This document shows positions 57,343-64,000 of a DNA stretch of 64,000 nt, piece by piece (within the stretch, counting starts at the first letter, position 1; the number at the start of each line of letters is the position of its first letter). The stretch comes from a virus, in IMG/VR virus record IMGVR_UViG_3300034122_002094. One strand, written 5' to 3'. The translations under genes were made by a program, and so were the position numbers. The notes below the pieces were generated by a model that was not told the DNA's origin, searched no databases, and was given only the letters and a program-made list of their open reading frames with translations.

Positions 57343-57690
57343 ATGCCCCTCTCTATCGTCATGCCTCTGCTTGAGAACTGCTCCGACTATCAGTGCCACT
57401 GTGTCAAGACATGCGAGCCAGGCTCAGCTCTCGCTCTGTGCTTCGCTCGCAATCGCACGACCATGCTTCGGCGAGAGCTGGCATGGGCCGAACAAGCGGA
57501 GGCCCGCGCTGCTCGTCTGGCATCTGCTGAGACTGTGCTCGGTCACTATGCCCGAGGCTACAACGGATCTGATTTTTATGAGGGTTACATCCTCGGCTAT
57601 GATGGTGAGTCAGACGAGTATGAGCTGACGCAAGAGGACGACAGCTCTATCTGGATCGAAGCCAAGACGATGATTCTTCAGATCAACTGA
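57343..57690 (+). CDS. Hypothetical protein
   Basis: GGAG SD. Confidence 0.5.
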   Translation: MPLSIVMPLLENCSDYQCHCVKTCEPGSALALCFARNRTTMLRRELAWAEQAEARAARLASAETVLGHYARGYNGSDFYEGYILGYDGESDEYELTQEDDSSIWIEAKTMILQIN

Positions 57691-57753
57691 TCGTCAGGCA
57701 AGCGGCATCATCACTCTAGCTGTGGTGGTGTCGCTCGTATCGCTGATGATACG
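57690..57753 (+). promoter_or_regulatory. Repeated intergenic RNA hairpin, copy 3
   Basis: Same motif. Confidence 0.75.
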
Positions 57754-57769
57754 CTAACAGGAGTCCATC

Positions 57770-58114
57770 ATGCCCCTCAAGCAGTTCACTGTGTCTGGTC
57801 TCAACACTGACATCGCTTCGCGCGACGGCATCTATCGTCTCGCTGAGCGTGGCGACGCCAACGATCAGGGCCTCACCTTCGAGGAGTGGGCGTGCGCTGT
57901 CTGCTGCGATATGCAGTTTGACCGCAGCAACACCGCCTACAACTCTATGCTGCTCAAGCTCCGCTATGGCGGTGAGCTTTATAAGCGTTCTGAGCAGCTC
58001 TTTGGCATGGCCTCTGAGGCTGTCCGCAAGATCCTCCTGCACGAGTGGTATGAGGGCGTTGATCCCTCCGAGCTGCGCGTCAAGTTCTCCAAGATCAATA
58101 GCGAGGTGGCATGA
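57770..58114 (+). CDS. Hypothetical protein
   Basis: AGGAG SD. Confidence 0.6.
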   Translation: MPLKQFTVSGLNTDIASRDGIYRLAERGDANDQGLTFEEWACAVCCDMQFDRSNTAYNSMLLKLRYGGELYKRSEQLFGMASEAVRKILLHEWYEGVDPSELRVKFSKINSEVA

Positions 58115-58311
58115 TGAACAAGCATCAGCATGTCTTCAAGAGCGAGAAGCCTTCCTGCCCCTGCTGTGGCGAGTCACTCTCCCTCGTGGCGGCCAACATC
58201 GACGGCGTGACCTTCACGCTCGGCTGCATCAACTGCAACCCTGAGTCTGACTGGGATCAGGTCGAGGCCCAGATCGCTGCGGCTGTGGCTGTCTGTTCGG
58301 GGAGGGACTGA
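58111..58311 (+). CDS. Small zinc-ribbon protein
   Basis: CPCC..CxxC. Confidence 0.5.
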   Translation: MMNKHQHVFKSEKPSCPCCGESLSLVAANIDGVTFTLGCINCNPESDWDQVEAQIAAAVAVCSGRD

Positions 58312-58745
58312 TGTACTACATGCCCCACTTCTGCCTCGGTATGCGCTGGAAGCTGTTCGATATTGCTCGGCAGCTCCCAGATCATACCAAGCATGGCCTG
58401 TCTATCTCAGAGGCGATCTTCACATGGCCGATCGGCTATGTGCTGGGTGATGAGCGCACAGGTGAGATGCGCTTTCACTTCGACGGTCCTCATCTGCGGA
58501 TCGTCAACACCCTCACTCGCAAGGAGATCATCGTCGAGAAGGTCAAGGTATCTGACTTTGTTGATCTCGGCCATACGCTGCTAAGTCGTCATGGTCTCTC
58601 TGATCACGAAGAGAAGATGATCGGCATCGTTGATCGCGCTTTGCAGGATACCTACTGGGATAACATCAAGGATTATCTCAAGTGGAGCAAAGACTTTTAC
58701 TCAAAAGGTCGGCTTGAACAGCAAGGCTACGAGTTCGCATACTGA
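58311..58745 (+). CDS. Hypothetical protein
   Basis: TGATG coupling. Confidence 0.55.
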   Translation: MYYMPHFCLGMRWKLFDIARQLPDHTKHGLSISEAIFTWPIGYVLGDERTGEMRFHFDGPHLRIVNTLTRKEIIVEKVKVSDFVDLGHTLLSRHGLSDHEEKMIGIVDRALQDTYWDNIKDYLKWSKDFYSKGRLEQQGYEFAY

Positions 58746-58806
58746 TCGTCAGGCAAGTGGAGCTGCTACGCATGGTAGCAGCTCCACTCGTATCGCTGAT
58801 GATACG
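58745..58806 (+). promoter_or_regulatory. Repeated intergenic RNA hairpin, copy 4
   Basis: Same motif, covarying upper stem. Confidence 0.75.
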
Positions 58807-58822
58807 TCAACAGGAGTATATC

Positions 58823-59353
58823 ATGCTCATCGAGGATAGAAGTGCTCAACACACTTCTTATCACGAGATCTATGCTCGTGCTCAGAGATTTGGCGCCAGT
58901 GTATCTGATCGGAATCGGCTGGCCAAACTCGATGAAGATCGACTCGCGCATGGGCGCGCAGTTCTGGCCAAGGCTTTGCCTCTGGGTCGGGGCTCCACCT
59001 CGTGGTTACTCGCAGTCGCCCTCACGCCCATCATCCATCCGAAAGGAGACGCAATCTCCAAGATGGATCGCACACCACGCTTGCTCGCTGCTCTTGAGGC
59101 CGTGAATCTGAAGCCTTCAGGTCCTCTGGCCGAATGGGCTGGCGAAGACTCAGCGTGGACATCGGCGACGATTGATCTAGAAGATGGATCGGCGCTGTCT
59201 CTTGTCGTGGGATGGCACAAGGGATGGCATCGTCAGCCCAGTCCGTGGGTTTACGACTACGCCCAGATCAGCGTGATGCAGCCAGCTATCCTTGGTGGTG
59301 GCTGGCACTTGATGGATGAATGCACCCTCGATAACAAAGGCAATCGACGGTAG
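58823..59353 (+). CDS. Hypothetical protein
   Basis: AGGAG SD. Confidence 0.55.
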   Translation: MLIEDRSAQHTSYHEIYARAQRFGASVSDRNRLAKLDEDRLAHGRAVLAKALPLGRGSTSWLLAVALTPIIHPKGDAISKMDRTPRLLAALEAVNLKPSGPLAEWAGEDSAWTSATIDLEDGSALSLVVGWHKGWHRQPSPWVYDYAQISVMQPAILGGGWHLMDECTLDNKGNRR

Positions 59354-59382
59354 CTAGCATATAACGCTCATAGGAGGATCTC

Positions 59383-59670
59383 ATGTCAGAAAACAAGTGG
59401 CACAAGCATGATCGGCCAGACAACACCACCATCCCTCTGTCTTGGTACAGTGATGTCGTGATTCATGGCTATACGTTCTCAGCTCAGATCATCGCGTACA
59501 ATTCTCGTGGCAATGGCCCGTACACGATCAGGACTGGCTTCATCGGATCTGTGCTGCAAGACGAGTGGTCATATGAGTACCATGACCAGCCTGAGCGAGT
59601 GCTCAAGGATGCGATGGATCTCGCTATCGTTCTGCGCGATAGCCTCGCTGGAGCAATCATCCAATCATGA
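59383..59670 (+). CDS. Hypothetical protein
   Basis: AGGAGG SD. Confidence 0.55.
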   Translation: MSENKWHKHDRPDNTTIPLSWYSDVVIHGYTFSAQIIAYNSRGNGPYTIRTGFIGSVLQDEWSYEYHDQPERVLKDAMDLAIVLRDSLAGAIIQS

Positions 59671-59921
59671 TCAGGCGCTACACTGAGAAGTTTCCGCAAG
59701 GCAGCTTACAACCTGAGGACGTCAACCTCTCGCATATGAGTGCCCTCGCCAAGAGAGACGGCAAAGATCTCTGGTTCGCCTGTTGGAAGACAGACGAAAC
59801 TGGCCGGATTGCGGCGTGGTCTCTTGGCAACACAGAAGCCGAGGCTCTTCAAAATCTGGCACTCAAGTGCCGAGATCGGCATGAAGCAATTCAGCTAGCT
59901 CACAAACAGAACCTGTTCTAA
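59667..59921 (+). CDS. Hypothetical protein, paralog C1
   Basis: R.TEK.PQGS..NLS..SA.A..DG..LW. Confidence 0.55.
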   Translation: MIRRYTEKFPQGSLQPEDVNLSHMSALAKRDGKDLWFACWKTDETGRIAAWSLGNTEAEALQNLALKCRDRHEAIQLAHKQNLF

Positions 59922-59945
59922 CCAATATCTGAGAGGGGCTCTGAA

Positions 59946-60182
59946 ATGGTGAACAGAATCACTGAGAAGTACCCACAGGGCAGCCGCGACGGTATCAACC
60001 TCTCTCTGCTGAGCGCGTGGGCGCAACAAGACGGCGAAGAGCTTTGGATCGCCTATTGGCAAGCATACGCCCCACCTCACGCTGTTGCGTGGGCGATTGC
60101 TGACACAGAAGAGAAGGCGATCGCCAAGCTCTCGCGCCGCTGCTCAGAGAGCGATGCAGTTCTGAGAGCTAAACACCGCTAA
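59946..60182 (+). CDS. Hypothetical protein, paralog C2
   Basis: Same motif as C1. Confidence 0.55.
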   Translation: MVNRITEKYPQGSRDGINLSLLSAWAQQDGEELWIAYWQAYAPPHAVAWAIADTEEKAIAKLSRRCSESDAVLRAKHR

Positions 60183-60209
60183 AACAAACCAACCTGACAG
60201 GAGTTCCCC

Positions 60210-60431
60210 ATGACCGGATGCAAGTTCACTGTGACCAAGACGCGCGGCGGATGCTGCCTCAAGATCGAGCGCACAACCAAAGGCTTCTTTGGTAACGATG
60301 TGATGTCAGACCAGCGCAACTTCCAGGACCGTACTCCCGCCGAGGTAAATCAGCTCAAGCGCATGGTCGCTCAGGCTGGTGACGATCTCAACAAGCTCGA
60401 TGATCTGTTGGCCGCTGCTGGCTGGCACTAA
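60210..60431 (+). CDS. Hypothetical protein
   Basis: AGGAG SD. Confidence 0.55.
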   Translation: MTGCKFTVTKTRGGCCLKIERTTKGFFGNDVMSDQRNFQDRTPAEVNQLKRMVAQAGDDLNKLDDLLAAAGWH

Positions 60432-60448
60432 CAACCGAGGAGAATCTC

Positions 60449-60880
60449 ATGAAAACAATTATGACCCCAGTGGTCCTCGCCCTCGACTTCGTGAACCTCA
60501 AGACGACAGAGCACGCCCTGTTCTTTGTCACTGATGAAGATCCTGGCGACGAAGAGCCGCCAGAGAGCGCAGTCAAGAATCACAAAGAGCTATGCTACCA
60601 AGTCGGCATGTGGGTGATCGGCATGATGGCCCCATCTCTCTCCAATGAGGGGCGACACAGTCGCATCAGGCCGCTGTGGGAAGAGAAGATTGGTAGCACC
60701 GCCACCAGCGACTACGACCTCCACGACGAGAACTGGGATGAGATCCTTCGCTCATGGATCTGCGCTTTGGAAGCAGACATGCTCAAGACCAGCGCCGCCA
60801 AGTTCTCCATCTCCCACAAGATCGGCACCAAGTTCACCGGCAACGGCACTATCGGTGTCGATATGACCGACCTCTACTGA
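60449..60880 (+). CDS. Hypothetical protein
   Basis: GAGGAG SD. Confidence 0.55.
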   Translation: MKTIMTPVVLALDFVNLKTTEHALFFVTDEDPGDEEPPESAVKNHKELCYQVGMWVIGMMAPSLSNEGRHSRIRPLWEEKIGSTATSDYDLHDENWDEILRSWICALEADMLKTSAAKFSISHKIGTKFTGNGTIGVDMTDLY

Positions 60881-60994
60881 ACAACAGCGATCTCTAAAAT
60901 ATCGTTGCGATAAATTTAGTGATCGCATATCACAAAATGGTGCGCGGCATCACGCCGCCATCATGAATCAAACCCAAGCATCAAGGAACGCATC

Positions 60995-61621
60995 ATGTCC
61001 ATCTCCCTCGACAAGCATCTCAAAGTCACCTACCGCCTCAATGACATCACATGTCACTTCACGAGCAAGCCCATCTATGTGGATCGCATCTTCGAGGTCC
61101 TTGCGCTCAACGAGAAGCTCAGCGTTCACTGCTGTTCAGGCACTGGTTCTGCTGAGTGCTGGCCCCGTGGGATCATCTGCTCGACCAACGAGAAGTACAA
61201 CAGCGAGAAGCACGGTGAGAAGCTCTCTGATTTTGAGATGGATAACAGCACCGCTGGCGACGACGTCAGCTACTTCGGCTGGTCTGATCTGCACGCGATG
61301 CCTGTGGCAGAGGTGCAGGACTTCAAGGACTTCGCCGAAGACTTCCGCGACCTCGGGCATCGAGACATCGACAACAGCGACATGTACACGCCCTACCACT
61401 GGGACCTCGATGAGATCCTCGGCGTCAAGAAGAGCCTGAGCGAAGTGATCGCGCAAGTCGATCACACTGAGAGACACAGCTTTGTGGATGAGAATGGCCA
61501 CACGATCCTCGTCGCTATCTCCGCCCCTGAGGCTGGCACTCCCAAAGGCTATCTCGTCGATGACAAAGAGAAGTGGCAGGACGGCCAGTGGCTTGATCCC
61601 AACCGCTATGACAAAAAGTAG
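60995..61621 (+). CDS. Hypothetical acidic protein
   Basis: AAGGA SD. Confidence 0.6.
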   Translation: MSISLDKHLKVTYRLNDITCHFTSKPIYVDRIFEVLALNEKLSVHCCSGTGSAECWPRGIICSTNEKYNSEKHGEKLSDFEMDNSTAGDDVSYFGWSDLHAMPVAEVQDFKDFAEDFRDLGHRDIDNSDMYTPYHWDLDEILGVKKSLSEVIAQVDHTERHSFVDENGHTILVAISAPEAGTPKGYLVDDKEKWQDGQWLDPNRYDKK

Positions 61622-61624
61622 TAG

Positions 61625-61686
61625 ATCGTGATGCGCTGGGAGCTATGAGCTGTCCTCGTAGCTTCCGCCGTATCAATCACGATACG
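61625..61686 (+). promoter_or_regulatory. Repeated intergenic RNA hairpin, divergent copy 5
   Basis: ATCGTGA...CGTATC-AA-TCACGAT-ACG with compensatory changes. Confidence 0.65.
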
Positions 61687-61702
61687 CCAACAGGAGTCTT
61701 TC

Positions 61703-62278
61703 ATGAAGCATCAGATCGGACTCACCTCTGCGATGAATCTCATCCGCATCATCCAGGATCAGCCAGACCTGAACATCGAGCATCGCGAGACCTGCTGCGC
61801 AACGGCGCTGCTCGATGCGCTCGATTGGCGAGACACCTGCTACACCGAGGCACACAAGCGGTCCTTTGAGTACAAGCAGAAGCGCGCCAAGGACTACGCC
61901 TACCACATTCAGGCGCTTCGCGACAAGTACACCGCCTACATGGTCTGGCCACAGTATGTCCGCGATCAGTACCGCCGCAACCTGGCCGCTCACGACAACA
62001 TCATCCGGCTCGACAAGATCCTGGAAGATGCGCGTGCTGCTGGCTGGCTGGTGGACAAGGGTACCTCCATCTTCGGCACTGAGGCGACTCTCACCAGCGA
62101 GGCGGGAGACCTGATCTTGCTCAAGTGGGACTGTGCTCGCTCCGCTGGCCCGGGTATCCTCGGGACGACTGGCTACATCGCTCGGCTGTACATCGCCAAG
62201 AACAAGATCGAGGGAATCGTGAACAACGACTTCACCGAGATCAACACGTTCGCCGATGCACTCGCCGCGCTCAATTAA
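61703..62278 (+). CDS. Hypothetical protein
   Basis: AGGAG SD. Confidence 0.6.
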   Translation: MKHQIGLTSAMNLIRIIQDQPDLNIEHRETCCATALLDALDWRDTCYTEAHKRSFEYKQKRAKDYAYHIQALRDKYTAYMVWPQYVRDQYRRNLAAHDNIIRLDKILEDARAAGWLVDKGTSIFGTEATLTSEAGDLILLKWDCARSAGPGILGTTGYIARLYIAKNKIEGIVNNDFTEINTFADALAALN

Positions 62279-62302
62279 CAAAAAACACAAGAGAGGTCCG
62301 TT

Positions 62303-62569
62303 ATGGAAGAGTGTCCCAAAGAGATCGCTGAGCTGGCATCCGAGCATGACTTCAATCGAGTGATGCACGGCTTCCCCAGCGATCAAGCCGCAGAGGCCTA
62401 CTTCGCAGGTGAACTGCTGCGCAACAGCGACATCGTAAGCTGCCCAGAGATCGTCACGTTCAATGGAGAGATCTATCTGATCTACTTCGACGATACCAAT
62501 GAGGAAGACGACATCCCTCTGGTATTCGTCAAGTATGAACCACCCCTCATCGGCAGGATCAGTCTCTGA
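62303..62569 (+). CDS. Hypothetical acidic protein
   Basis: GAGG SD. Confidence 0.5.
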   Translation: MEECPKEIAELASEHDFNRVMHGFPSDQAAEAYFAGELLRNSDIVSCPEIVTFNGEIYLIYFDDTNEEDDIPLVFVKYEPPLIGRISL

Positions 62570-63073
62570 CTTCGACGACCTCCCAACTCCCTTGACATCG
62601 TCTGCCCTTCGCGGTAGGTGGTGTCAGTGGTTCGTTGTGAAAGAGGCACGATGACCCGTTCAAGATCTCCTCTCAGGTGGCACCGCACCTTCGCCACCGC
62701 GACAACATCCACCCGAACATTAAAGCCATGAAGGCCAGCCAATATGTGTAGAGACCCGCCCTGATCAGTCGCTCAGCCCATATTTATACCGAGCCAAGAT
62801 ACTCAAGACCTCGCTGTGAGGCGTCAAATAGCCCCGTAGAGGCTTTCTACGACCGAGCGTGAGTACAATCATGTAACAGACCCAAAGCTCTCAACCAAGA
62901 CGCTCGTTAGAGGTCTGGCCACAGAGCATCGGTGCCCCATTTTCCAGTAGTAATAAAAATGGCAACGAGGCCTAAAAATCTCGTTGCCATTTTAACAGTG
63001 TCACGCTATCAAGAGACATCAGCAAACAAGCTGACCCAGGACATGTCGTCCTGCTCATCCAAAGGTATCAGTC

Positions 63074-63421
63074 ATGGCCCGTTCATTGAGCCCCATCCTG
63101 TTCGAGTTCGCAAACAACAACGCCGAGTTCCTCACGTCGTGGTGGCAGCGCCACCGGGCGACGAGCGATGCTGGCACGCCGGAGAAGAATCCCGGTCTCG
63201 ACGCGATCCTTCTCCGCTTCGCTGATGCGATGGCGTCCCCATGTCCGGCCTATCCGCAGGAGAAGCCAGAGGTCACGAACGAGCAGTTCGCCGCCTCAAG
63301 CGAGGCGTTCAAGGAGGCGTGTGAGCTGGCAGGTGTGAAGAACACCGCTCGTCAGGCCTCGAAGTTCCGCCGCAAGATGGGTGCGGCCTACAAGGTCCAT
63401 CGCGAGCTGAAGCGCGCCTAA
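63074..63421 (+). CDS. Hypothetical protein
   Basis: ORF with TNEQFA..FKEACELAG..RQASKFRRKMG basic C-terminus. Confidence 0.55.
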   Translation: MARSLSPILFEFANNNAEFLTSWWQRHRATSDAGTPEKNPGLDAILLRFADAMASPCPAYPQEKPEVTNEQFAASSEAFKEACELAGVKNTARQASKFRRKMGAAYKVHRELKRA

Positions 63422-63521
63422 CTGCGGCAGTGTGTCGTGTGTTTTTCAGGTAGTGTCGCAAATATCAAGTGAAGTTTGATACTACCTGAAAATTTTGTAT
63501 CTCAACTCAAAAGGTTTCAAG

Positions 63522-64000
63522 ATGAGCAATCAGAACAAGAATACCGATCGCCCCGCCTTCAAGAAGGCAAGCGACCTCTCCATGTTCCTCTACTGGCTGG
63601 AGCGTGCGGCTGCGCAAGGTGCGCAGATCAAGCATATCTTTCTGCCAGAAGATGGCGATGTCAACCGCATCCATGTGACATGGTATGCTGACGAGGTCGA
63701 TCCCAAGGTCAACCGAGTCATCTCGGCGCAGCTCACCGAGCTGCACAACCTGCCGAAGGAAGAGAGTGTCGCGCGTATCAAGCGGGCGATCGAAGCTGTG
63801 CCCCAGCTCTACTCTGTGTACTCGCAGAAGAAGGGCCTGGGTACGACGGTGAGCGGCATGTGTCTGCGAGACAACCGCTTCAAGCCTGACCAGAAGGCGC
63901 TGGTGATCTTCGCGCTCACCTACTTCTGCGAGGACATGGGCGTCGACTACTTTGACCTCAAGGTCGTCGATGATCGAGTGTCTGTCAGTCTGCCGCCCGA
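63522..64000 (+). CDS. Hypothetical protein (runs off window)
   Basis: MSNQNKNTDRPAFKK..., open to the edge. Confidence 0.55.
   Translation, partial: MSNQNKNTDRPAFKKASDLSMFLYWLERAAAQGAQIKHIFLPEDGDVNRIHVTWYADEVDPKVNRVISAQLTELHNLPKEESVARIKRAIEAVPQLYSVYSQKKGLGTTVSGMCLRDNRFKPDQKALVIFALTYFCEDMGVDYFDLKVVDDRVSVSLPP

Noticed and set aside
1-64000. Genome-wide TAG recoding (code 15)
   Set aside because: Genes are intact in code 11, and other TAG stops do not run in frame into downstream ORFs

Overview
64 kb of a large, ~58-60% GC tailed dsDNA phage (likely Siphoviridae-like morphology; spanin-like genes suggest a Gram-negative host). Left part (1-25.8 kb, minus strand) is the morphogenesis operon: terminase small/large, portal, protease/scaffold, decoration protein, major capsid, holin/spanin-like genes, neck, tail tube, chaperones and tape measure. 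It is interrupted at ~3.2-8.9 kb by an RNA island holding 25 tRNAs (all 20 amino acids plus an amber-suppressor tRNA-CUA), about 10 tRNA-like RNAs whose anticodon arm is deleted, shrunk or replaced by extra domains (one is a YrlA-type Y RNA), several pseudoknotted ncRNA candidates, groES, and a Pth2-HD fusion gene. That gene has an in-frame TAG at codon 4 and lies directly upstream of the amber suppressor tRNA, suggesting an amber-gated tRNA-rescue module. This module and the tRNA-mimic array are the most interesting candidates for an undescribed system. The middle part has an iteron-rich putative origin, an SF3-type helicase, thyX, PIN-PhoH, a T5orf172-like nuclease, an HTH, a GNAT and many hypotheticals. 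42.4-49.6 kb is a promoter- and repeat-rich control region with a DnaA-box cluster, ~17 TATCGA(A) boxes and a promoter flanked by inverted repeats. The right part is an early-type gene array with paralog pairs and a five-copy covarying intergenic RNA hairpin. All calls are by eye; no database searches were run.
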